Origin: Candidatus Woesearchaeota archaeon | GTDB lineage: Archaea > Nanobdellota > Nanobdellia > Woesearchaeales > JACPBV01 | Length of the DNA: 64,000 nucleotides | Reading direction: 5' to 3' | Assembly: GCA_016180135.1 (NCBI GenBank) | Contig: JACPBV010000023.1 | Span: forward strand, 7,405 to 71,404 | Shown: piece after piece, positions 55,836 through 64,000 of the stretch | How the letters are laid out: the number at the start of each line of letters is the position of its first letter | How positions within the stretch are numbered: the first letter of the stretch is position 1 | Notes under the pieces: model-generated | What the model was told of the DNA's origin: nothing | The model's database searches: none | Seen by the model: the letters and a program-made list of their open reading frames with translations, nothing else | Program-made: the position numbers and the translations under genes

Positions 55836-56165
55836 TCAGGAAGAAACAACAGCCTCCTGATTTTCTAACTCCTCTATAATCAGTTTTTTTGAAACCATCG
55901 CATCAATATCTATGATTTTTTTGACTAAAGGGTTGTGAGTATTAAGCCTGTAAAGCTGCGCTCTCCCAATCCTTCTTGTCTTTGTTACAACATCAAGCTT
56001 TACTAAATCATCCCAAAAAAGATGAAGAGTGCTCCATCCGATATCTGCATTCTTGGCGACATCCGTCAGGCTATAATCAAACTCCCTATTGTCCAAAAAG
56101 AAATCTATCACCTTTACTATCGGAGCGTCTCCAAAAATTACTCTAAAAGAAGATTTTTGTTCCAT
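55836..56165 (-). CDS. Winged-helix transcriptional regulator
   Basis: FDYSLTDVAKNADIGWSTL...TRRIGRAQLYRLN. Confidence 0.85.
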   Translation of the reverse strand: MEQKSSFRVIFGDAPIVKVIDFFLDNREFDYSLTDVAKNADIGWSTLHLFWDDLVKLDVVTKTRRIGRAQLYRLNTHNPLVKKIIDIDAMVSKKLIIEELENQEAVVSS

Positions 56166-56257
56166 TGGATTGTATGATATGGTGATGTTGTTTATATAAT
56201 TTTCGTAGTTTAGACATCCATTGCAGCGAATAAAGGCTTAAATAATTCGTCATTTCT

Positions 56258-56506
56258 ATGTTAATGATGGACTATAAAAAAATAATCCTGAGAAAGATGT
56301 TCAGGCATCGGATAATCGGGGGAAAACATACTGCTGTGGAACACCTTTCAAAAGGGTTGCCGAAGCATGCAGTTGGAGCATCAAAAGAAGCTATCGATGA
56401 GCTCATAAGGGAAGGATTCATTTTGCCAAAAAGGACGTCGTATGGTTTACAAGTAAGCCTGAATCCCGACAAGATCCATGAAGTGGCAGGATTAATCGAA
56501 GAATAG
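56258..56506 (+). CDS. Small basic wHTH-like hypothetical protein
   Basis: IGGKHT...KGLPKH...AIDELIREG...SLNP; divergent from the wHTH regulator. Confidence 0.65.
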   Translation: MLMMDYKKIILRKMFRHRIIGGKHTAVEHLSKGLPKHAVGASKEAIDELIREGFILPKRTSYGLQVSLNPDKIHEVAGLIEE

Positions 56507-56508
56507 GG

Positions 56509-57096
56509 CTATCCGTTTTTGCTCACATACACCCTATAACCTGATTTCTTCGCGATCTCCATCACATTTCCAAAAAGCCCCTTCATTTTTTCGCTAAAAG
56601 ACTTCCCCCCTTTATTGTGCCTTGCAACTATCTGAAAGATTCCATTAGGCTTCAGATGCTCTTTCGCCTCCCGAAACATCGCATAACAAGCATCTTTTCC
56701 GGCGTGCTGCGGCGGGTTGAGCAGGATAGTGTCAAATTTCATCCCTTCGGGAATCTTATCGCCGATAAAAGAAATATTCTTAAGATTGTTTTTCTGCGCA
56801 TTTTTGGATGTGAACTCCAATGCCCGCCTGTTGATGTCAACAAAGCATACCTTAGCGCCGGGATTTGCTTTTCCTAAGGCTATCCCTACAAGCCCCCAGC
56901 CGCATCCGTAATCAAGGATATCCCAGCCGTCCTGCGCAAGGGCATGCTCAGCTAAAAGCCTGGAGCCTGCATCTGCTTTGCCGAAGGAAAAAGTTCCGGA
57001 CGGCGTCGAGAATGACAGCGGCCTGCCTAGCAAAGAAACTGAAATGACTTTTTCCCGCAATGCTGAATCCGGCCGGGGTGAAAAATAGTGCTGCAT
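56509..57096 (-). CDS. RsmC-like small SAM-dependent methyltransferase
   Basis: HYFS, GTFSFGKADAGSRLL, ILDYGCGWG, VDINRRA, ILLNPP. Confidence 0.9.
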   Translation of the reverse strand: MQHYFSPRPDSALREKVISVSLLGRPLSFSTPSGTFSFGKADAGSRLLAEHALAQDGWDILDYGCGWGLVGIALGKANPGAKVCFVDINRRALEFTSKNAQKNNLKNISFIGDKIPEGMKFDTILLNPPQHAGKDACYAMFREAKEHLKPNGIFQIVARHNKGGKSFSEKMKGLFGNVMEIAKKSGYRVYVSKNG

Positions 57097-57097
57097 C

Positions 57098-57898
57098 TTA
57101 GCCCTTCGCTTTCATCACGCCGTAAAGATTATAGAGAAGCCGCTCCATAGCTTTGACGATCCCTTCACCGGAGCCATAGACCAGGATGCAGTTGTTCTGG
57201 TAAATGACCCCCGGCTTTTCCGACTGCCTCATATACAGGACCGGCAGGACTGTTGCGTTGCAGGTGATGATCGGCCTTGCTGCGCAGGCATTTGTCTCAT
57301 TCCTGTCGCACGCAGCGACCGGCATTTTGTTGAATGCCTTGATAAGCGTGTTGTCAAACTCTCCGACGGCAAGAGCCACATACTGGAGCTCAGCACCAAG
57401 GGGGTTAAAGGTGACATAGACAATCTCTGAGTTGTTGAAAGCAGTTGTGTTCAGGAATCCCTCAAGGGGTATGTCCTCTACTTCCTGCGGCTTGTAGTGG
57501 AAAGGGACATCAAAGACAGTTGTGCCGGCAGGGTTCTGCACCTGCGTATACCAAAGCCCATCTGCAAACACAAAAGAAAATCCGTTGTAGGTTGAGGATT
57601 CTTTTTTGCTGAGCTCGCCGAGAAGATTCTGCTCGTGCAGCTCATCAATAGTCTTTGGCGTCTCTTTGAAGAATATATTAAAGAGGATGAGCGAGGTAAG
57701 CATAGCAACAATAACTCCGATGCTCAGCAGAAAGACAAAATCAGACCTGGCCTTGGGCACAGGTGATTCAGATGATTCAGATGCAGAAGATTCAGATTCA
57801 GATGATTCGGATAAGCCTTTCATTGGCCCTGATTCCGCTTCGTGGATGATCTCAGCTGCTTCATTACCTTCTTTACCTTCATTTGTTTCAGCAACCAT
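57098..57898 (-). CDS. Membrane-anchored hypothetical protein
   Basis: Ser/Glu-rich N-terminus, one TM, YNGFSF and PIITC motifs; the longer ORF start lies inside a MITE. Confidence 0.72.
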   Translation of the reverse strand: MVAETNEGKEGNEAAEIIHEAESGPMKGLSESSESESSASESSESPVPKARSDFVFLLSIGVIVAMLTSLILFNIFFKETPKTIDELHEQNLLGELSKKESSTYNGFSFVFADGLWYTQVQNPAGTTVFDVPFHYKPQEVEDIPLEGFLNTTAFNNSEIVYVTFNPLGAELQYVALAVGEFDNTLIKAFNKMPVAACDRNETNACAARPIITCNATVLPVLYMRQSEKPGVIYQNNCILVYGSGEGIVKAMERLLYNLYGVMKAKG

Positions 57899-57921
57899 GG
57901 TTTTCCGGGTGTTTTTTTCCA

Positions 57922-58066
57922 GAAAATCCCAACAACCTCGGCGAGGCGAGGGAGGGGCCGCCCTCCGTCCGCAGACCGGAACGCTTTTTTCTTCCCTCGG
58001 GAGACCCGAGCAGGGCAAATTTCCGCAGGAAATTTGACCGTCGAGCCCTTTGTTGTTGGGATTTTC
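57922..58066. mobile_element. MITE family A, long copy (145 bp)
   Basis: Perfect TIR GAAAATCCCAACAAC/GTTGTTGGGATTTTC; internal AAATTTCC-GCA-GGAAATTT. Confidence 0.82.
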
Positions 58067-58155
58067 TTATGCAACTTACTTTATATCTTGGAGGATTACG
58101 GGATAAATTTATTAATCTTTACTCAATCCTTTCTTTCAATCTTCGGAATATCAAT

Positions 58156-58269
58156 ATTATTCTAACCAATATTATTCTAACCAATATTGTTCTAACCAAT
58201 ATTATTCTAACCAATATTGTTCTAACCAATATTATTCTAACCAGTATTATTCTAACCAATATTGTTCTA
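58156..58269. repeat. 15-bp tandem repeat x7.5
   Basis: ATT(A/G)TTCTAACCAAT units, flanked by TCGGAATATC repeats. Confidence 0.93.
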
Positions 58270-58337
58270 TCATCGGAATATCCATCTTATTCTATCATCG
58301 GAATATCTATTTTTTCAGGAATCCTGCCCTAAGTTAT

Positions 58338-58922
58338 TCAGGGAATAATTCCCAATATCCCATACAGCAGCCTGTCCTTGACAGCATGGATCTCCTGCTC
58401 AGTCGAAAACTCAAGCATGATGCAGGTGCTGTTAAGCTCCTGCCTTGAAGTCCGGTTCCCGTCCCTGAAATAGAGCACAGGCACATTTGGGCTCGAATCT
58501 TCGCATCTGATGATCGGAAGTTCGAAGGAGTTATTCCCGGTAAAGCCCTGCCGGACATAGATGCCAAGGTTATTCAGGTTGAAGCCAAGGTTATATTGGG
58601 CAAGGCCTATTGCGTCAGAAAACCTGGCTGAAGGGTCGCTGGTCACGTCTATTTCTAATTTACCCTTGAGCGCCGGGATGATTTTGCTGTTAAAGCTGAT
58701 ATTCAGGACCTGCTGCGGGGTGAAGTCAAAGTAGAACTTCCTGCCGTCAATCTTGGTTGTCCAGCCAAGCTGTTCCCTCGTGAACTTCTTTCCCTTGAAG
58801 GAGGCAGTCCCCGAAGGCTGGTTGCCGACAAGGAACCCGATGACCGAGCTTACCATGATGAACGATATGAAGATGACAAGGATGACTGCTGCCTTTGACC
58901 TCGGTTTTTCCCTGCTCATCAT
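58338..58922 (-). CDS. Membrane-anchored hypothetical protein, paralogue of 57098-57898
   Basis: One TM, FKGKKF, PIIRC..SS...PVLYF; shares the C-terminal pattern with its neighbour. Confidence 0.72.
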   Translation of the reverse strand: MMSREKPRSKAAVILVIFISFIMVSSVIGFLVGNQPSGTASFKGKKFTREQLGWTTKIDGRKFYFDFTPQQVLNISFNSKIIPALKGKLEIDVTSDPSARFSDAIGLAQYNLGFNLNNLGIYVRQGFTGNNSFELPIIRCEDSSPNVPVLYFRDGNRTSRQELNSTCIMLEFSTEQEIHAVKDRLLYGILGIIP

Positions 58923-58988
58923 TTCCTCACTTTCCAAATGCCCATCATTTCCTCACTTTCCAAATGCCCATCATTTCCTCACTTTCCA
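58917..58988. repeat. 26-bp repeat x2.8 of the cysS stop / next-gene start junction
   Basis: CATCATTTCCTCACTTTCCAAATGCC at 58917, 58943 and (partial) 58969. Confidence 0.93.
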
Positions 58989-60356
58989 GATAGTTCCCTG
59001 GTCCGTATCAAAAAGCTCTACACCCTGCTTTATCAGCTTTTCCCTCAGCGCATCAGCCTTTTTCCAGTCTTTGGAGCTTCGGGCCGAATCACGCTCATGG
59101 ATGAGCGCAAGAGCCTCTTCCCCTATAGATTGTTTGGTAAAATCCATCAGCCCGAGGATTTTGTCAAGCGACTCCATCCAGCTGATGATTGCTTCCCCAT
59201 CTTTTTTGCCGATAGTGATCTTGTTGATCTCACTCATAAAGCCAAACAGGTCTGCAAGGGCTTCTGAGATGTTCAGGTCTTCATCAAGGTGAATCTTGAT
59301 ATTTGTGCGGCATTTCTGTATGGCTTGAGAAGCTTCCGGGCTGCTCCCTTCCGTGGAGGCATGGTTCACAACAAAGATGAAGTTATTTATCTTCTCAACT
59401 GCCTGCTGCGCTGCGGTGAGCCCGGCAAAAGTGAAGTTCAGCTGCTGGCGGTAATGGACGCTGAGCAGGAGATACCTCACAGCAGGGGCAGGAAAGCCTT
59501 TTGCAAGGATATCCCTGAGGGTATAAAAATTTCCCAGGGACTTTGACATCTTTCTCCCGTCGACAAGGAGATGCTCATTGTGCGCCCAGGTGTTGACGAA
59601 CGGCATCCCTGTCGAGGCTTCGCTCTGCGCAATCTCATTCTCATGATGAGGAAATATCAAATCAACGCCGCCGGTATGGATGTCAAAATGCTTCCCAAGG
59701 TGCTTCATCGACATTGCCGAGCATTCAATATGCCAGCCGGGCCTTCCCTTGCCCAAAGAAGTTTCCCAGAAAACATCCCCGTCTTCAGGCGTGTATGCTT
59801 TCCACAATGCAAAATCCTGTGCCTGCTCTTTTTCGTAGCTGTCTTTTTTAATCCTCTCCGTCATCTGCAATCCGGAAAAGTCAGAGTGCGAAAGTTTCCC
59901 GTAGCCGGGGAATTTCCTGATGTTGAAATACCATGACTTATCTTCTCCCTGATATGCTGTTCCGCTTTTGGCGAGCGCATGGATGATGTTAACCATCTCC
60001 CTGATATGCTCAGTCGCTTTAGGGAACTCATCAGGCGTGTCAATGTTCAATGCCTTTATGTCCTTGAAGAATTCAGCAGCATATTTCTGGGTGAATTGCG
60101 CAAGCGAAATTCCTTTTTTCTTCGCTCCCGCTATGGTCTTGTCATCCACATCGGTGAGGTTCATCACATGCTTCACCCCATAGCCCGAGTATTTCAGGTA
60201 TCTCTTGAGAAGGTCTGCGGCAAGGTATGCCCTGAAATTGCCGATGTGCGCAAAATCATAGACTGTCGGCCCGCAGGAATACATTGATACCTTGCCCGTG
60301 GTTATTGGCTTGAATTCCTCAAGTTTCCTGGTAAGTGTGTTGTAAAGTTTAAGCAT
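58971..60356 (-). CDS. cysS: Cysteine-tRNA ligase
   Basis: CGPTVYD, HIGN, DFALWK, GRPGWHIECSAM, FPHHENE, KMSKSLGN. Confidence 0.98.
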   Translation of the reverse strand: MLKLYNTLTRKLEEFKPITTGKVSMYSCGPTVYDFAHIGNFRAYLAADLLKRYLKYSGYGVKHVMNLTDVDDKTIAGAKKKGISLAQFTQKYAAEFFKDIKALNIDTPDEFPKATEHIREMVNIIHALAKSGTAYQGEDKSWYFNIRKFPGYGKLSHSDFSGLQMTERIKKDSYEKEQAQDFALWKAYTPEDGDVFWETSLGKGRPGWHIECSAMSMKHLGKHFDIHTGGVDLIFPHHENEIAQSEASTGMPFVNTWAHNEHLLVDGRKMSKSLGNFYTLRDILAKGFPAPAVRYLLLSVHYRQQLNFTFAGLTAAQQAVEKINNFIFVVNHASTEGSSPEASQAIQKCRTNIKIHLDEDLNISEALADLFGFMSEINKITIGKKDGEAIISWMESLDKILGLMDFTKQSIGEEALALIHERDSARSSKDWKKADALREKLIKQGVELFDTDQGTIWKVRK

Positions 60357-60439
60357 TTTGTAAAGGTCGGTAAAAATCCAAAGCTTATAAAGCCTTCTTT
60401 TTTGATTAGGTTTTTATTGAGGGCAGAGTTCGTCTCTCT

Positions 60440-61096
60440 ATGATACAAAAACTTGAGCAAATTGCTATGACATCCCATAATGGCCAACTTCCGCTCTGGG
60501 GCTCACCAAAGAATTGCGGGTATGGCTTAAAGGAAATTGAGGATTTAATGAGAATTAGTTTTCAGCAAAGGGTAACTGAACTGAGAAGATTTTATCCTCA
60601 GGGGCAGTTAGTGGCTGCAGAACTGGGATGTGGGATCCCTTGGGTTGTTGAAGATATGTCTCAAATTGAAGGCATATCTCCCTATGGCCTTGATCTTAAA
60701 CCGACGCTTATCCCAGAATTTGGCCCGGGAGATAAATGCCTTATACGGTGTAATCTTGAGCATATGCCGGAAATCCCTGATGGAACTTTTCATTATTGTT
60801 TAAGCTATAATGTGTTGGGTGGAACAGCTTTGGAGCATTCCATCCCAGAAATTTTTAGGGTGTTAAGGCCGCATGGCATTGCTGATCTTGATATCGCTTA
60901 TTGGGATAATAGATGGCTGCATTATTTGACAAACACGCCGCTGCATCGGGATGGATACCTTTCCATCGCTTCAGTCAATGGGCAGTTTACTGGCAGAATT
61001 CAAGACTATTTCTCATTCATGGAAAAATTAAAAACCAAAGATATTGGGCTTTGGTGGGATAGCAGGAAAGTCCGTTTTGAGCTGAGAAAGGCATAG
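60440..61096 (+). CDS. Class I SAM-dependent methyltransferase-like protein
   Basis: AELGCG, YGLDL, IPDGTFH, IFRVLRPHG. Confidence 0.78.
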   Translation: MIQKLEQIAMTSHNGQLPLWGSPKNCGYGLKEIEDLMRISFQQRVTELRRFYPQGQLVAAELGCGIPWVVEDMSQIEGISPYGLDLKPTLIPEFGPGDKCLIRCNLEHMPEIPDGTFHYCLSYNVLGGTALEHSIPEIFRVLRPHGIADLDIAYWDNRWLHYLTNTPLHRDGYLSIASVNGQFTGRIQDYFSFMEKLKTKDIGLWWDSRKVRFELRKA

Positions 61097-61098
61097 CA

Positions 61099-61644
61099 TT
61101 ACCTGAGTTTGGCTGGTAATAGCTCCATCTCAACTTTCTTCCCATCCATCCTCACAATCTTTCCCGGGGCTCCTACGACGGTGCAGTTCCTGGGGACGTC
61201 TTTGTTGATGATGAAAGTTTCAGCACCTATCTTGACATTGTCTCCGATGGTAATAGGCCCAAGAAGTGTCGCTGATGTCCCTATGAGCACATTATTCCCG
61301 ACGGTAGGGTGCCTTTTCCCGGTATGCTTTCCGGTCCCCCCAAGGCTTGAATTGTGGAACATGATGCAGTTGTCGCCTACCTCAGCGGTCTCTCCTATCA
61401 CAACCCCCATCCCATGGTCGATGAAAAAACCCTTTCCGATCTTTGCGCCGGGATGGATCTCTATGCCTGTCAGGAATCTCATGAGCTGGCTGATGAGCCT
61501 CGGAAAGAAAGGAACCTTAAGCCTGTAGAGCGGATGAGACAGATACCGATGGACAACTGTCGCATGGAGGGAAGGGTAGAGCGCCCATTCAATGTTCCTG
61601 CATGCAGGGTCGTTCCTTCTGATAGATTTAATGTCGTCAAGCAT
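61099..61644 (-). CDS. cysE: Serine O-acetyltransferase
   Basis: [47 protein letters not shown]. Confidence 0.96.
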   Translation of the reverse strand: MLDDIKSIRRNDPACRNIEWALYPSLHATVVHRYLSHPLYRLKVPFFPRLISQLMRFLTGIEIHPGAKIGKGFFIDHGMGVVIGETAEVGDNCIMFHNSSLGGTGKHTGKRHPTVGNNVLIGTSATLLGPITIGDNVKIGAETFIINKDVPRNCTVVGAPGKIVRMDGKKVEMELLPAKLR

Positions 61645-61667
61645 ACTGCTGCCTCATAAAGAAAAAA

Positions 61668-61780
61668 AGCGGGGAGAGGGACTCGAACCCCCGAATGATC
61701 GCTGTCTTCGCCTCATCGCTTGCGCTTTTCACAGCTTCTGCCACTGCAGGCGATTGCCTTAGCCGCTTGGCTACCCCCGC
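61668..61780 (-). tRNA. tRNA-Cys(GCA) with a 40-nt intron at 37/38 (61704-61743)
   Basis: Acceptor GCGGGGG/TCCCCGC with U73, D stem GCC/GGC, anticodon stem ATCGC/GCGAT with CT-GCA-G, T arm GGGGG-TTCGAGT-CCCTC; no encoded CCA. Confidence 0.9.
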
Positions 61781-62241
61781 ACGGAATCCTTCCGCTTCCT
61801 GCCGCTTTAAATAATTTGTGATAACCTTCATTTGCCGCCCTCAGTCTTCCTTTCTATACGCAAAATAAAAATTGAGTATGAACCTCAAGGTATAAGAAAC
61901 AATGAGAAGGTCAGCAGCAACATCGGAATGCAGGCTTCATAAGGTGAATAAACCACTGCCTTTTTTAAATCTTTGCCAAAAGCGCATTGCAGCAAAATCA
62001 GGGGTAATCATCTTTTTGATAAATCCCTAATATATTTTTCAGATTTTAGATGGTGCGGTGAAAAACGGGCTTATCCAAATTTTAATCCCCTCCAAAATAT
62101 TTTTCCCTCGGTAGTGAATAAACCTATCGTCGATAAATCCGAAACATTTATATATGAGCTCGCTTCAGGAAATTCTATCGTCGGGGGATGGTACCATAAC
62201 GTACAATTTCCGACTATAAAAACTGAAAAGGAGGGAACACC

Positions 62242-62466
62242 ATGGGAAAAACACTGTGTAAGTGCGGCATCAAGCGTGAAGACGGCTGGCTTTACTTTGT
62301 TGACAAGAAAGGCAATGCTGCCCGAGTCAACATGAAGAGAAAAGGAAAGCCCTACAAGAAGAAGATGGAAGTCATGCATAAGTGCGGCCTTAAAAGGGAA
62401 AAAGGATTCCTGTATTACATCGATAAAGCAGGAAATGCAAGCTGCGCCAAGATGGCGAGGCGATAA
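62242..62466 (-). CDS. Small basic protein with an internal duplication
   Basis: KCGIKREDGWLYFVDKKGN / KCGLKREKGFLYYIDKAGN; strong GGAGG upstream. Confidence 0.8.
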
Positions 62467-62723
62467 GAATATTCTGCTTTTTCTTTTTTTTCTTTTGTTC
62501 TTCAAAGTTCATCCCAAAGGCGGTAAACTTTCTGCCAATCAAGGATTATATCACATATTTTCTGCGATTGAGAATTGACCAACACCATGAATGAAATATT
62601 AAACTCCATAAATTGAATCTTTGGATATTGGATAGTGGGGCCGAGGATAGATATTGGGGCGGCGGATATTTAGTGAAACATTTACTTTTTAGAATAGCGG
62701 GATTAATCCGGCCTGCCCATCAC

Positions 62724-63443
62724 CTAATGATACCGTTTCTTCCTGAAGTAGGATGAGGCGGAAACCCCGAGCAAAGCGCTCATGAGGAGGACCACTGCAA
62801 GCTTGCCGTTGGATTCGTCCGCTGCATTGCCTTCGGCGACAGCATTTCCGGTTATCTGGTTGATGCTTTCAATATCCTTGACGGTGATTGTGCCTCTCAG
62901 CTCAGTAAATTTCTCAAAATTGGCATCAAAATACCGGTAGGTGCCTGGCTTGGTGAATGTATAAGAGAACGTATCGCCAGTTTCCATGCGTGTCCCGTAG
63001 AATGTCCTGTCAACCGCATAAAGCTTGTGGGCAAAGTTGTCATAGCTGACCCATTGGACGGTAGTGCCTGGGTAGATGGAAACTTCCTGGGGGTTGAGGC
63101 GCATGTCTTTTATCTCGACCGTTACAATACCCTCTGCCCCTTCTTTGACTTCAGAGATCGTGCTCGGAGGAGAACGTAACTCCTCAGGAGGCTGGAGTGA
63201 TTGGCTTCCCTGCCCGGACTCATTGGAATCTGAGGAAATTTCTTCCGGCGCAGTAGGAGAAGCAGCGCTGGCCGCCCCTTCCGGCATTGCGCTTTCTTCT
63301 GAATCAAGCCCATCAGCCGCAGGCTGCTCATCTGCCGGCCGGATGGCTCTTGGCTGAGTTGAGATATCGATAACATAGAATGCCAGCAGGAGGACAACCG
63401 CCCCAAGGAAACTCAGAAATATTGCCGGATGACTGCTCTTCAT
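62724..63443 (-). CDS. Cupredoxin-like domain protein with N- and C-terminal TM helices
   Basis: VEIKDMRLNPQEVSIYPGTTVQW, FSYTFTKPGTYRY, GTITV. Confidence 0.8.
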   Translation of the reverse strand: MKSSHPAIFLSFLGAVVLLLAFYVIDISTQPRAIRPADEQPAADGLDSEESAMPEGAASAASPTAPEEISSDSNESGQGSQSLQPPEELRSPPSTISEVKEGAEGIVTVEIKDMRLNPQEVSIYPGTTVQWVSYDNFAHKLYAVDRTFYGTRMETGDTFSYTFTKPGTYRYFDANFEKFTELRGTITVKDIESINQITGNAVAEGNAADESNGKLAVVLLMSALLGVSASSYFRKKRYH

Positions 63444-63554
63444 TGGTGCTTTAGAGGGAGCTGCGTATTTAAATGTTTTGCTCGGAATTTCGTCACAACT
63501 ACCGGGTAAAAAAACGGCGAAAGGTTTAAATAAAACAATGTGAAATCAAGGCGT

Positions 63555-63956
63555 ATGTTCGACAAGGCCGTCAAGAAAAGCCAGGGTGCCCTGTATGCGC
63601 TGTTCAGGATTGTCATTGGGCTGTTCTTTATGCAGCATGGCATCCAGAAAGTCATCGGTGTCTTAGGCATGCCCCAGCCTGCGCCGCTCTTCTCCCTCTT
63701 CTGGTTTGCAGGCTACATCGAATTGATTGCCGGGCTGTTTATCCTTTTGGGATTTTTCACGAGGCTCGCTGCATTTGTTTCTGCAGTTGAGATGATAACT
63801 GCCTATGTCATGTTTCATGCACCTCAGGCGATGCATCCGATATTAAATCAAGGGGAGCTTGCTCTTCTCTATACTGCAGGGTTCCTGGTCATCATCGGCT
63901 ATGGCGCAGGAAGGCTCAGCCTTGAAAGAGCCATCCTCAAAAGGGAAATCTTTTAA
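63555..63956 (+). CDS. DoxX family membrane protein
   Basis: LFRIVIGLFFMQHGIQK, IELIAG, GFFTRLAA, NQGELALLY, GAGRLSL. Confidence 0.92.
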   Translation: MFDKAVKKSQGALYALFRIVIGLFFMQHGIQKVIGVLGMPQPAPLFSLFWFAGYIELIAGLFILLGFFTRLAAFVSAVEMITAYVMFHAPQAMHPILNQGELALLYTAGFLVIIGYGAGRLSLERAILKREIF

Positions 63957-64000
63957 ATCACTGTCTTCTGCATACGATATATGGCTCAGAAGCTAATCAT

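Noticed and set aside
57899-58018. N-terminal extension (MPCSGLPREEK...) of the 57098 gene
   Set aside because: It is translated MITE sequence; the likely start is ATG 57898.
57883-58332. 149-aa ORF with ILTNI repeats
   Set aside because: It is the read-through of a MITE and an intergenic 15-bp repeat, antisense to real genes.
61637-61831. 64-aa ORF (MKVITNYLKRQ...)
   Set aside because: It overlaps the tRNA-Cys gene on the same strand and is spurious.
61973-62505. Plus-strand ORFs 61973-62335 and 62071-62505
   Set aside because: They overlap the promoter and body of the better-supported minus-strand basic protein; low-complexity, with no motifs.

Overview
This looks like a 64 kb piece of a DPANN archaeon chromosome, most likely Woesearchaeota. 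The assignment is inferred from an archaeal Taw1, an archaeal MtaB, class III signal-peptide pilins with a Tad/pilus ATPase operon, RAD55/KaiC ATPases, BRE/TATA promoters and an intron-containing tRNA-Cys without encoded CCA, alongside bacterial-type MEP genes (dxs, dxr, ispG). Housekeeping genes (folA, thyA, purC, hisS, topA, cysS, cysE, suhB) are interleaved with about seven toxin-antitoxin modules, orphan ORFs, small palindromic MITE/REP-like elements and many short tandem repeats. The most striking structure is an array of two different vapBC cassettes (685 and 748 bp) downstream of thyA, each followed by a displaced copy of the thyA 3' end. This resembles repeated integration at a protein-coding att site, yet no integrase is present in the window. 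Four abrupt deletion junctions (hisS motif 2, pilin/dxs, topA, vapC) may be assembly artefacts and affect interpretation. All protein calls come from motif recognition by eye; no database searches were run, and several start codons are estimates.
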